The notes under the pieces: generated by a model | Database searches by the model: none | Seen by the model: only the letters and a program-made list of their open reading frames with translations | Told to the model about the DNA's origin: nothing | Assembly: GCA_039933775.1 (NCBI GenBank) | Contig: JBDTNK010000002.1 | Location: forward strand, 6,147 to 70,146 | Direction of reading: 5' to 3' | Length of the DNA: 64,000 bases | Origin: Chloroflexota bacterium | Lineage (GTDB): Bacteria > Chloroflexota > Limnocylindria > QHBO01 | Shown: positions 21,107-31,732 of the stretch, piece after piece | How positions within the stretch are numbered: the stretch's first letter is position 1 | Layout of the letters: every line of letters begins with the position of its first letter | Position numbers and translations under genes: made by a program

Positions 21107-21772
21107 GTGGAGCTGAGCTTCTTCGACTCGCTCCGACTGGCGATCGTCTTCGGCCTCTCGCTCTTCCTCGTGCTGCTGCGCTTCGACTCCGATCGGATCA
21201 TTCGCTCCGACTACTTCCGCTACCGCAGCAACTGGCTCGGTCCGTTCTCGTACTACGCCTTTGCCATCGTCTTCTCGCTCGGTATCGCGTTCCTGCTCCA
21301 GGATCGCCATCGGCTCTTCCTGAGCGGCGGAAACCCCGACAACGTCCTGCAGATCACGCTGCTCTTCACCGTCGTGGCGATCGCCAACGCGATCGGCCTT
21401 GCGTACCTGCGATATGGCGGCATCAAGCCCCTGCCCATCGAGCTGCTCGCCCCTCGAGCGCTCGGCGCGGCGGCCAACGCGATCAGTGAGGAGCTGCAGT
21501 TCCGCTCGGTGGTCCTTGGCCTCCTCATCTTCGCGGGCGTGCCGACCGCCGTGGCACTCGTGATCCAGGCGGTCCTCTACGGCCTGGCGCACCGCCGGCT
21601 GTGGTACGAGCGCGACTGGTACTTCCTGGCGGGCTCCGTCATCTTGGGCTACGGCGCCGGGCTGGCGACGCTTGCCACCGGCTCGATCGTGCCCGCCATC
21701 GTGGGGCACTTTGCGGTGACTATGGCGCTCTTCGCCTTCGCCGGTTCCCGGGTCCGCCAGCGGCCCATCTAG
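21107..21772 (+). CDS. CPBP-family intramembrane glutamic endopeptidase (CAAX/Abi-like)
   Basis: It starts 1 nt after the lepA stop. The protein is polytopic, with the motifs EELQFRSVVLG, LYGLAHR and GHFAVTMAL. Confidence 0.72.
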   Translation: MELSFFDSLRLAIVFGLSLFLVLLRFDSDRIIRSDYFRYRSNWLGPFSYYAFAIVFSLGIAFLLQDRHRLFLSGGNPDNVLQITLLFTVVAIANAIGLAYLRYGGIKPLPIELLAPRALGAAANAISEELQFRSVVLGLLIFAGVPTAVALVIQAVLYGLAHRRLWYERDWYFLAGSVILGYGAGLATLATGSIVPAIVGHFAVTMALFAFAGSRVRQRPI

Positions 21773-21872
21773 CCTCGGCGCGAGGGAGCACCCAGGGCTG
21801 AGCGGCGGGATGTCGCGAAGCTACCCATCCGGTGGGTGGTTGGCACGTTCGAACGCCATGCCGTTGCCACGC

Positions 21873-21940
21873 TACCCCGATGGCGCATACGCGGCTCCAG
21901 TCGCGGGTCTGTCCGGGCCACATACCCCGACCACGCATAC
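21873..21940. repeat. Imperfect 18-nt direct repeat with a 50-nt period in the non-coding region upstream of hemW
   Basis: TACCCCGATGGCGCATAC (21873-21890) against TACCCCGACCACGCATAC (21923-21940), 15 of 18 identical. Confidence 0.6.
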
Positions 21941-22164
21941 ATCGGGCGCTGATCCAGGCAGGCCGACCCGCATGTTGGGTATGTGGCACAGACAGGCTCG
22001 ATTCGAGGCGCCGATACGTACGTGGCGGGTACACTGGCCCACTGCCAGCGAGCGACGCTGCAAGTGAGTTACATCCCGGGTATCGGACGCGTGGCGACAC
22101 GTCGTCGAATCTGAGGGCGCGACGCGTCACGGGCGTTCCGCAGGTCGGTGGCTACACTCGCTGG

Positions 22165-23373
22165 ATGCGACGCGCCGAGCCCATCACAAGCCACCACCTC
22201 TACGTCCACGTGCCGTTCTGCCGGCTCGTGTGCGCCTACTGCGACTTCGTCACGGTCGGCGGCCGCGCCCACGACATCCCGCGCTACGTGGACGCGCTCG
22301 TGGCCGAGCTGGCCCTGCGACCGCCCGACGGGGAGCTGCGCACGATCTACTTCGGCGGCGGGACCCCGTCGCTGCTGCCCGCGGTTGAAGTCGCGCGCAT
22401 CGTCGACGCAGCGCGCGCCCGCTGGGCCGGCGCGGCACCGGCGGAGGTGACGCTGGAAGCGAACCCCAGTGCCCGCGAGACCCCGGATTGGAGCGCGCTT
22501 CGCGCTGCCGGCATCACGCGGCTCTCGCTGGGCGTTCAGTCGCTGCGCGACGAGGAGCTGCGTGCGCTGACGCGCGGCCACACCGCAGGGGAGGCACGCG
22601 CCGCCTTCTCGGCCGCCCGCGCTGGCGGCTTCGACAACATCAGCATCGACCTGATCTATGGCGTGCCGGGTCAGTCGCTCGCGATCTGGGGCGAGACGCT
22701 CGAAGCGGCGATCCATCTTGCCCCCGAGCATCTCTCGCTCTATGCCCTGAGCCTGGCGATCGAACCCGATGTGTGGGCAGCGCCTCCGCGACCCGGTGCG
22801 TTGCGCTGGCGCCGGCGGCTCGCTGCCGAGCAGGATGATGGCGAGGCGGTCGCGCAATACCGGCTCGCCGAACGACGCCTTGCGGCGGCGGACTACGACC
22901 ACTATGAGCTCTCATCGTGGGCGCGCCCTGGCCGGGAGAGCCGCCACAACGCGGCGTATTGGGCGCGCCGGCCGTACACCGGCCTGGGAGCGGGCGCCCA
23001 CTCGTTTGACGGCGCAACGCGCTCGTGGAACCTGCGCGACCTTGACGGCTACATGACCGCGGTTTCCAGTGGCGAGCTTGCGGTCGAAGGAAGCGAGACG
23101 CTCGACGAGCCGACGCGCGAATGGGAGGCCATCGCGCTCGGCCTTAGGCGAATCATCGGTCTGTCGCGCGCCGAGCTGCGCGCAGAATTCGGCAGTGATC
23201 CGCTCCAGCGCCATGCGGCTGCCTTCGAGACGGCACAGCGCGCCGGCCTCGTGGAGCTCGATGGCGACACGATCCGTCTCAGCCCGGCCGGCCGCGTCGT
23301 GGCGAACGAGGTGCTCATCGCACTTTTGCCGGAAGGTCAGCGTGCCGCCGGTTCGATCTCGACGACCCAGTAG
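22165..23373 (+). CDS. hemW: Radical SAM heme chaperone HemW (HemN-like, oxygen-independent coproporphyrinogen oxidase family)
   Basis: ATG 22165 gives MRRAEPITSHHLYVHVPFCRLVCAYCDF (CxxxCxxC), followed later by TIYFGGGTPS. TACACT (22153-22158) lies 6 nt upstream of the ATG. Confidence 0.9.
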   Translation: MRRAEPITSHHLYVHVPFCRLVCAYCDFVTVGGRAHDIPRYVDALVAELALRPPDGELRTIYFGGGTPSLLPAVEVARIVDAARARWAGAAPAEVTLEANPSARETPDWSALRAAGITRLSLGVQSLRDEELRALTRGHTAGEARAAFSAARAGGFDNISIDLIYGVPGQSLAIWGETLEAAIHLAPEHLSLYALSLAIEPDVWAAPPRPGALRWRRRLAAEQDDGEAVAQYRLAERRLAAADYDHYELSSWARPGRESRHNAAYWARRPYTGLGAGAHSFDGATRSWNLRDLDGYMTAVSSGELAVEGSETLDEPTREWEAIALGLRRIIGLSRAELRAEFGSDPLQRHAAAFETAQRAGLVELDGDTIRLSPAGRVVANEVLIALLPEGQRAAGSISTTQ

Positions 23374-24881
23374 CCGCGGCGCTCGTCGACCTGGAGCGGC
23401 ACGACACGGACTCCGTCCACCTCGGCCGGCACGTCGGTTTCGAGCGGCTCGAATCCGGCGGGATAGCGCTCTCCATGGAGATCGTGGAAGACGACCTGTC
23501 CGACCGCCGGATAGCCGGCCTCGAGGTCGATGTTCGGACCGTACGTCGAGGCGACCTCGTCGAGCGACAGCCCGAGGTCGACCGCGATGGCAGGACGCGC
23601 CCGTACCGGCACGAAAAAGGTGGGGTGCCCATCGCCATCTCCGGACGGGAAGGCCGTGATGGCGGACCGCTCGGCGACCTCCTCCTGTAGCGTCGGCAGC
23701 ACCATGCGCTGATCGATGGCCAGCCACAGCTGGTTGCGGACCACCTCGCGTCCCGGCGCGCCAATGAGCGCCCATGACGGCGTTATGGCCACCGCGAGGA
23801 AGGCCGCCACCGCCACGAGCAGTCCCGCGCGCAGCGGGCTGGCGATCCCGCGCACCGCAGCCACCAGCCCGGGTCGGAGATGCAAGGCGTGGAGCCCGAA
23901 GCCGGCGCTGCAGATGAGCGCGATGTCAACCGGGGCAAAGTAACGATCTGGCACAAACGTTCCGCGCAGGGCCAGAAAGAGCATGAACGCGACGATGCCG
24001 GGCCCGAGTAGCAGCATGCCGAACCCAAGCGCCCAGCGACGCAGGCGGAAAACCTCGACGATGCCCAAGATCGCCAGCCCGCCGAGGATCGGCAGGCCCG
24101 CACTGCGGGACCAGATGGCGGCGGCGACCTCGCCGAACGTCGGCAGGTCGGGCACCGACGCCGAGTACTTTCCGGAGATCGCGGTCCAGAACAACGGGTC
24201 ACCGATGAGGAGCGCGTCGTGGATGAGCATTACCGGTACGGCGAGCGCGGCGAGTAGGAGGAACCACGCTCCTCGCGGCGGCCGTGGCAGCCGCGGGACA
24301 GTCGAAGCCAGTGTGAGGACAAGCCCGATGCCGGCCACGATCACGATGAGCTCGATCCGCACCAGCACCGCCGCGGCGAGTGCAAGGCCGCCGGGCACGT
24401 AGCGCGGCACCGGCAGCGTCACGGCAAAGGCCGCGACCGCGAGCCAGAGGAGGCCCCAGCCCCAGCCCAGCGAGACGCCAACGTCCTCGAGCAGCATCGG
24501 AGAGCCCGCCAGCGCCACGCCGACGAAGGCAGCGACCGCGATGCCCCCAACCCGCCGCGCGACGAGGGTCAGCAGCCCGACGCCGAACCCGAAGGCGAGG
24601 ATCGTGGCCCACGAGATCGGGCGCCAGTCATTGGTCACTGCATGAAGGAGCCCGTACACCACGGTCAGGAACGGCTTCGGGGTGGTGGTCAGCATCTGCT
24701 CGAGCCGATGCCCGTGCACGATGCGCTCGAAGTGAAGGACCGAGGCGCCGACGTCGAAGCTCACCGGGCCTGCGTGGAGCGGGCGGGTGAGCTCGGTGGC
24801 GAGCACGAGGGCCAGCGCCGCCGCGGCCAGGAAGGCAACTGCATCGGACACCCAGGGACGTCGATTCGGCATGCGCGCCAT
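23337..24881 (-). CDS. Large polytopic membrane protein with a C-terminal soluble domain; possible GT-C-fold glycosyltransferase
   Basis: ATG 24881 gives MARMPNRRPWVSDAVAFLAAAALALVL. About 12 hydrophobic segments are followed by a ~120-aa non-membrane tail. The function call rests on architecture and gene context only. The 3' end overlaps hemW by 37 bp. Confidence 0.55.
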   Translation of the reverse strand: MARMPNRRPWVSDAVAFLAAAALALVLATELTRPLHAGPVSFDVGASVLHFERIVHGHRLEQMLTTTPKPFLTVVYGLLHAVTNDWRPISWATILAFGFGVGLLTLVARRVGGIAVAAFVGVALAGSPMLLEDVGVSLGWGWGLLWLAVAAFAVTLPVPRYVPGGLALAAAVLVRIELIVIVAGIGLVLTLASTVPRLPRPPRGAWFLLLAALAVPVMLIHDALLIGDPLFWTAISGKYSASVPDLPTFGEVAAAIWSRSAGLPILGGLAILGIVEVFRLRRWALGFGMLLLGPGIVAFMLFLALRGTFVPDRYFAPVDIALICSAGFGLHALHLRPGLVAAVRGIASPLRAGLLVAVAAFLAVAITPSWALIGAPGREVVRNQLWLAIDQRMVLPTLQEEVAERSAITAFPSGDGDGHPTFFVPVRARPAIAVDLGLSLDEVASTYGPNIDLEAGYPAVGQVVFHDLHGERYPAGFEPLETDVPAEVDGVRVVPLQVDERRGYWVVEIEPAAR

Positions 24882-24896
24882 TGTGGCTGACGCGGT

Positions 24897-24914
24897 ATCC
24901 GCTTGATCCGCTTC
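24897..24914 (+). repeat. Tandem 9-nt duplication at the junction between the divergent genes
   Basis: ATCCGCTTG ATCCGCTTC. Confidence 0.7.
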
Positions 24915-25211
24915 GGCTACGCTTTCTCGATGATGCACGAGGCGGTCGCCGCACCGGAATTCGGCCGCACCAGAGCGGTCGGTTGCGCCGGCGTCGTCGT
25001 CGTGATGCCGGACATCCCGCACGCGACGAGGATCACGGCGCTCGTGGAATCGATCCTCAATGGGGAGGTCGAACTCATGCTCGGCAGCCGCTTCCTGGGC
25101 GACCCGCCGGCGGGCGGCATGCCGCGCTGGATGCGCGTCGCGAACCGCTACCTCTTCCATCGATCGCGCCTGCGGCGCACGCAGCGGCTCATCCCCAACC
25201 GTCCGGCGTGA
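24903..25211 (+). pseudogene. Remnant of a family-2 glycosyltransferase (polyprenyl-phosphate sugar synthase type), truncated at both ends
   Basis: The 102-codon frame has a TTG start (ATG at 24930). It reads GVVVVMPDIPHATRITALVESILNGEVELMLGSRFLGDPPAGGMPRWMRVANRYL. This resembles the central segment of GT2 enzymes (vvvmDaDlqhdP...dlvlGSRf..gg.mp..R..aN). The N-terminal ~80 residues and the C-terminal third are missing, and MPD replaces the DxD aspartates. Confidence 0.45.
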
Positions 25212-26209
25212 GCGATCGGCCTGCGCCGTTCGCCGGTCCGCGGGGCGAGGCGAGGAGTAAAGGCGTGGTCGCGATTCGCGTCGCCATTGGACTCGCCATC
25301 TCTGTCGTCGCGCTGTGGCTGGCGCTGCGTTCGATCGATCTGGATCGCACGCTAGCCATCCTAGGGCGCGCCGCTCCCGTCGGCATCGCCGTCGTCCTCA
25401 TGCTCGTCGCGCTCGACGTGGCGCTGCGCGCGCTCCGCTGGGGCCGCCTCATCGCGCCGGTTCGGCCGGTGGCCTGGCAGCGGATGCTGGCGTACATGCT
25501 CATCGGCTATTTGGCCAACAACGTCCTTCCGGCGCGGCTTGGCGAGTTTGTGCGCAGCCACTACCTGGGCGACCGGGAAGGGATCAGCCGCGCGGCGGCG
25601 CTCGGGACGGTCGTCGTGGAACGCGTCGTGGACATCGCCTGCGTAGTCGTCATCGGGGCGGCCGCGCTCCTCGCCATCCACGGATCGCCGTCGCTGGTCC
25701 GCGGCCTGATTATCAGCGCGGTGATCGTGGTGTTGCTCATCGGTGCGATCGTGGTACTCCTGCACGGCCATCGCCTCCCCGGAGCAGAGCGTGCGATCGC
25801 CGGCATCGACCACTGGCCGGCGGTGGGGCGCCTGGTCCGCAGCCTCCGCGCGGGCGTGCGGGTCGTGCAGCGGCCGTCGACGCTGCTCGCGGCGACGGGC
25901 CTCACGACGGTGGCGTGGCTGGCCTCAGGGTTCATGTTCGTCGCCGCCGCAGCGGCGGTCGACGTGCCGCTCCCGCTGATTGAAGCCGCGATCCTCTCGA
26001 GCGCCATAGCCCTCGCCACGGCGATCCCCGCCGGACCGGGCTATGTGGGTACCTTCGAGCTCGCTGGCGTGACGGTTGGCGGTGCACTCGGGTTGACGGC
26101 CGATCAGGCGCTCGCCATCGTTCTCCTCGTTCACGCGGCGATTCTGAGTGTCACGACCGTCGGCGGCCTCATCGCGCTGGCACAGGTTCGTCAGTGGCGC
26201 GGCCGTTGA
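25208..26209 (+). CDS. Flippase-like membrane protein (lysylphosphatidylglycerol synthase TM region / UPF0104 family)
   Basis: GTG 25208 sits in a GTGA overlap with the GT2 remnant's stop. The sequence is LWLALRSIDLDRTLAILGRA...LRALRWGRLI...IGYLANNVLPARLGEFVRSHYLG...VVVERVVD, in a polytopic protein. Confidence 0.72.
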   Translation: MSDRPAPFAGPRGEARSKGVVAIRVAIGLAISVVALWLALRSIDLDRTLAILGRAAPVGIAVVLMLVALDVALRALRWGRLIAPVRPVAWQRMLAYMLIGYLANNVLPARLGEFVRSHYLGDREGISRAAALGTVVVERVVDIACVVVIGAAALLAIHGSPSLVRGLIISAVIVVLLIGAIVVLLHGHRLPGAERAIAGIDHWPAVGRLVRSLRAGVRVVQRPSTLLAATGLTTVAWLASGFMFVAAAAAVDVPLPLIEAAILSSAIALATAIPAGPGYVGTFELAGVTVGGALGLTADQALAIVLLVHAAILSVTTVGGLIALAQVRQWRGR

Positions 26210-26225
26210 CCGCGGCCATATCACG

Positions 26226-26255
26226 TTGACACCTCTTTCTGGGTGGCAGTATCCT
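26226..26255 (+). promoter_or_regulatory. Sigma-70-like promoter of the hrcA-grpE-dnaK operon
   Basis: TTGACA (26226-26231), an 18-nt spacer, then TATCCT (26250-26255). CIRCE lies 15 nt downstream. Confidence 0.55.
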
Positions 26256-26270
26256 CGGTCTTGCCCCCGG

Positions 26271-26297
26271 TTAGCACTCAAGACAGTAGAGTGCTAA
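26271..26297 (+). promoter_or_regulatory. CIRCE operator (HrcA binding site), perfect consensus
   Basis: TTAGCACTC-AAGACAGTA-GAGTGCTAA matches TTAGCACTC-N9-GAGTGCTAA. It lies 14 nt upstream of hrcA. Confidence 0.92.
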
Positions 26298-26310
26298 TTC
26301 GAACCACAAC

Positions 26311-27429
26311 ATGACGGACTCAACCTGGATGACTCCGATCTCGAACGACGACACGCAGGCGAACCGCGCCGCCCTCGACCTGAGCGAGCGGCAGCGGACG
26401 GTGCTGCGTGCCGTCGTCGAGGACTACGTACTGAGTGCCGTCCCGGTCGGATCCAAGGCGCTTGTCGAGCGCTACCGGCTGCCGGTCTCATCGGCCACGG
26501 TGCGCATGGCGATGGCCGAGCTGGAGGCGCTGGGGCTGCTCAGCCACCCGCACACCAGCGCCGGACGCGTGCCGTCGGACCTGGGCTACCGCTACTACGT
26601 CGAGACGCTCATGCGCGAGGCGGAGCTCAACCGCTCGGATCGGCTCATGATCCGGCACCAGTTCAGCCAGGTGCAGCTCACCAACAACGAGTGGCTGCGG
26701 CTGACGGCGTCGGTGCTCAGTGGCTCGACGCACAGCGCCTCGATTGTCACGCCGGCGCGCTCGCGCCGCGCACGCTTCGGTCACCTCCAGCTCGTGGAGC
26801 TCGCCGATCGCGGCCGTCTGCTCGTCCTCGTCCTGGCTGACGGCAACGTCGTGCAGCGGCGGCTCGACCGAACCGGCATGGACCACCTGCTGGGCGACGA
26901 GCAGGGACAGCCACAGCTGGACGCCGCCGCCTCGCGGCTGAACGGCCGGCTCTCGGGGATGGACGCCCGCGCCGTTCGTCGCCGCCTGCAGCGGGCGCCG
27001 CAGACCGAGGAAATCGACACCTTCGTCGGCGAGATCGTGGCCCAGGCGCTCGAGGAAGAGGACCGCCTGGTGGTGGAGGAGGTCGTGACCGATGGCCTCG
27101 TTCATGTGCTCGAGCAACCCGAGTTCGCGGGCGGCGGCAAGGTTCGTGCGATCCTCGACGTGCTGCAGCGCAGCGACTTTTTGCAACAGCTCGTACCGCT
27201 GGTCACCCGGCGCGGAGGTGTCCACGTGATCATCGGCCGCGAGAACTCGATCGATGCGATGCACGAGGTGAGCCTCGTCTTCGCGCCGTATGGAACACCC
27301 GGGCGGGCACTCGGCCTGCTGGGGGTGCTGGGTCCGACCCGGATGGCCTATCCGCGAGCCATCCCCACGGTCCGCTACCTGGCGGCGCTGCTTGACGAGC
27401 TGATCGACCAAGACGCGAAGGACGCATGA
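26311..27429 (+). CDS. hrcA: Heat-inducible transcription repressor HrcA
   Basis: The sequence is LSERQRTVLRAVVEDYVLSAVPVGSKALVERY...HPHTSAGRVPSDLGYRYYV. It follows the CIRCE element. Confidence 0.92.
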   Translation: MTDSTWMTPISNDDTQANRAALDLSERQRTVLRAVVEDYVLSAVPVGSKALVERYRLPVSSATVRMAMAELEALGLLSHPHTSAGRVPSDLGYRYYVETLMREAELNRSDRLMIRHQFSQVQLTNNEWLRLTASVLSGSTHSASIVTPARSRRARFGHLQLVELADRGRLLVLVLADGNVVQRRLDRTGMDHLLGDEQGQPQLDAAASRLNGRLSGMDARAVRRRLQRAPQTEEIDTFVGEIVAQALEEEDRLVVEEVVTDGLVHVLEQPEFAGGGKVRAILDVLQRSDFLQQLVPLVTRRGGVHVIIGRENSIDAMHEVSLVFAPYGTPGRALGLLGVLGPTRMAYPRAIPTVRYLAALLDELIDQDAKDA

Positions 27430-28004
27430 ACGACGACATGAACGGCGACCCGAAGCCACGGCACCGCACGCGCGGCGAAGAGCGCGTCGATGCAATCAAG
27501 ACGCCCAGCCGCGTGGAGCTCGCCGAGCGCATCGAGGCGCTCGAGCGCGAGCTCGAGGCGGCGAAGGAGAGCGAGGTGGAGCAGCGAGGCAACTGGCATC
27601 GCTCCGCGGCCGACTTCGCCAACTACAAACGGCGGACCGAGGAGGAGCGCGCGACCGTGGTTCAGTTCGCCTCGTCACTCCTCGTCGGGAAGCTGCTGAG
27701 CGTGCTCGACGATTTCGATCGCGCGCTTGAAAACGTGCCGCCCGACGCCCACGACCCGTGGGTCGAGGGGGTGCGCCTCACCGAGCGGAAGCTGCGCACG
27801 GTCCTCGAAAGCGAGGGCGTGACCCAGATCGAGGCCATCGGCCAGCCGTTCGATCCGAACGTTCACGAGGCGGTCGTCCACGAGGACACCACCGAGGCTC
27901 CTGACAACGCTGTCATCGGCGAGCTGCAGCGGGGGTACCGGCTGCATGACCGGGTCCTTCGCCCGGCACTCGTGAAGGTGGCCAACAACCCGCGACATCG
28001 ATAG
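27426..28004 (+). CDS. grpE: Nucleotide exchange factor GrpE
   Basis: ATGA overlap with hrcA. The sequence is [16 protein letters not shown]...[12 protein letters not shown]...[16 protein letters not shown]. Confidence 0.92.
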   Translation: MNDDMNGDPKPRHRTRGEERVDAIKTPSRVELAERIEALERELEAAKESEVEQRGNWHRSAADFANYKRRTEEERATVVQFASSLLVGKLLSVLDDFDRALENVPPDAHDPWVEGVRLTERKLRTVLESEGVTQIEAIGQPFDPNVHEAVVHEDTTEAPDNAVIGELQRGYRLHDRVLRPALVKVANNPRHR

Positions 28005-28021
28005 AAGAGAAGAAGGTTCAC

Positions 28022-29962
<1,941 letters not shown>

Positions 29963-30122
29963 CCTCACGCCCCGGGGTGAGCGACGAGCCCCGGCCGCCG
30001 CTCGTCCGCGTTGCGGTTGTTTCGGCGCAGGGAGTATGGGCCAGTTTTTTGGCCTAGGCGCCGATTCGGCGATGGACAAGGTCGGCGGCATCTTCGGGCG
30101 CTGACCAACGAACGCAGATAAC

Positions 30123-30152
30123 GACAAGGCCGGCCACCTGGCCGGCCTTGTC
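30123..30152. terminator. Perfect 13-bp hairpin, candidate bidirectional terminator between dnaK (+) and the mscL operon (-)
   Basis: GACAAGGCCGGCC, loop ACCT, GGCCGGCCTTGTC. Confidence 0.7.
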
Positions 30153-30168
30153 GCGTGGGACGAGGGAA

Positions 30169-30387
30169 CTACGCCTGGGCGCCCTTGGCCTGGTCGATCC
30201 AGCCCTGGACCTGCGCCTCGGAGAGGCCCACCACGCTTCCGTGGCGCTCTTCGATCATCGCCTTCAGCGACGAGGCGGTGCGGTGGCTCAGCTCCTTGAT
30301 CGAATCGACCCCGATCTTCTCGAGCATCTCGGTGTGCTTCGGGCCAATCCCGCTCAACTTGTGGAGATCGTTCTCCATGCCGGCCAT
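30169..30387 (-). CDS. Small helix-hairpin-helix protein (DUF4332-like)
   Basis: ATG 30387 lies 8 nt after AAGGAG. The 72-aa product is MAGMENDLHKLSGIGPKHTEMLEKIGVDSIKELSHRTASSLKAMIEE... It starts 20 nt after the mscL stop. Confidence 0.6.
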   Translation of the reverse strand: MAGMENDLHKLSGIGPKHTEMLEKIGVDSIKELSHRTASSLKAMIEERHGSVVGLSEAQVQGWIDQAKGAQA

Positions 30388-30407
30388 CGGTCGTGTCTCC
30401 TTCTCGT

Positions 30408-30812
30408 TCAACCAGCCGTCTGAGGCTGCGTGCAGTTCGGGCAGCGGCGCGCGGTGTACGGAATCTCCGTCGCGCACTCCGTGCAGGTCTTGGTAGTCGG
30501 TGTCTGTTCGACGCCTCGCTGGCGGCGCGCCTCCATGGCGTTCATTGGCTTGACGACGAACAGGAAGATCGCCAACGCTATGAGGATGAATGAGATCAGC
30601 GCGTTCAGGAAGATCCCGTAGCGGACCTCGGCATCCCCCACGCTGAACGCCGCGCTGCTGAAGTCGGGCACGCCGATCAGGCCGAGCAGCGGTGTCAGGA
30701 TGTCAGCGACGAACGAGTTGAGCACCGCTGCGAACGCGACGCCGATGACGAACGCGACCGCCAGCTCGATGACGTTGCCTCGCATGATGAACTCGCGGAA
30801 TTCCTTGACCAC
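30408..30812 (-). CDS. mscL: Large-conductance mechanosensitive channel MscL with a C-terminal CxxC-x11-CxxC zinc ribbon
   Basis: GTG 30812 lies 8 nt after GGAGA. The sequence VVKEFREFIMRGNVIELAVAFVIGVAF... is followed by TM2 and then KTCTECATEIPYTARRCPNCTQ. The track start is TTG at 30818. Confidence 0.88.
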   Translation of the reverse strand: MVKEFREFIMRGNVIELAVAFVIGVAFAAVLNSFVADILTPLLGLIGVPDFSSAAFSVGDAEVRYGIFLNALISFILIALAIFLFVVKPMNAMEARRQRGVEQTPTTKTCTECATEIPYTARRCPNCTQPQTAG

Positions 30813-30946
30813 GTGCAAATCTCCAACTGCGCAGGCGCTTGCTTTGGATGGGTCGGAGTATAGGCGTGCTTGTCCGTGGATCTGACGTCATTTGCATCGC
30901 CCGCGGTGACGTTCATCGAGCGGGCGCGGCTACACTCAAGCCACAG

Positions 30947-31732
30947 ATGCGACTCGCGACCTGGAACGTCAACTCGCTGAAGGCCCGCCTGGAGCGCGTC
31001 CTGTCCTGGACCGAGCGTCACCAGCCCGACGTGCTGTGCCTGCAGGAGACGAAGCTCTCCGACGCGCAGGCGCCGACCATGGATTTCCATGCCCTTGGCT
31101 ACGAGCTCGTGCATCACGGACCCGGCCGCTGGAACGGCGTCGCCATCGCGTCGCGCATCGGCATCGGTGAGGTCATCGCCGGCATTCCGACCCCTGACGG
31201 ATGGACCGATGACGGTGGCCGCTTCCTGGCCGCCACCTGTGGACCGATGCGCGTGGCGAGCATCTACGTCCCGAACGGGCGCGTGGTTGATTCGGAGTTC
31301 TACCTCCAGAAGCTGGAGTGGCTGGCTCGGCTATCGGCCTGGCTGGATGCCAACGATCCCAAGACCGAGCTCGCGATCTGCGGGGATTACAACGTGGCGC
31401 CCGAGGACATCGACGTCTGGGACACGGCGGCGGCGCACGGCGGGACGCACGTGTCGCCGCGCGAACGGGCGGCGGTGGCGAAGCTGCGCGCCTGGGGCAT
31501 GGTCGACGTCGTGCGCCAGTTCAACCCTGAACCCGGCTACTTCACCTGGTGGGACTACCGCGCCGGAAACTTTCACAAGAACTTCGGGATGCGAATCGAT
31601 CATGTCTATGTCTCCGAGCCGCTGGGGGCGCGTGCGGTGGCGGCCAGCAGGGATCGCGAGGCGCGCAAGCCCTCGACCTACCCCGGCATCCCGTCCGATC
31701 ACGCGCCGGTCATCGTGGACTTCGAGCCGTAG
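30947..31732 (+). CDS. xthA: Exodeoxyribonuclease III (AP endonuclease)
   Basis: ATG 30947 gives MRLATWNVNSLKARLERVLSW...DVLCLQETK...GIPSDHAPVIVDF. TACACT (30931-30936) lies 10 nt upstream. Confidence 0.9.
   Translation: MRLATWNVNSLKARLERVLSWTERHQPDVLCLQETKLSDAQAPTMDFHALGYELVHHGPGRWNGVAIASRIGIGEVIAGIPTPDGWTDDGGRFLAATCGPMRVASIYVPNGRVVDSEFYLQKLEWLARLSAWLDANDPKTELAICGDYNVAPEDIDVWDTAAAHGGTHVSPRERAAVAKLRAWGMVDVVRQFNPEPGYFTWWDYRAGNFHKNFGMRIDHVYVSEPLGARAVAASRDREARKPSTYPGIPSDHAPVIVDFEP

Noticed and set aside
21842-21862. GTTCGAA core reminiscent of a tRNA T-loop
   Set aside because: The flanks do not form a T-stem, and no acceptor, D or anticodon arm can be drawn. The sequence is part of a 10-bp palindrome instead.
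30036-30104. 22-codon ORF (MGQFFGLGADSAMDKVGGIFGR) between dnaK and the bidirectional terminator
   Set aside because: The GGAG lies only 1 nt from the ATG, which is a poor spacing. There is no -10 hexamer, and the ORF is too short to assess by composition. It could be a real micropeptide, but I have no support beyond the open frame.
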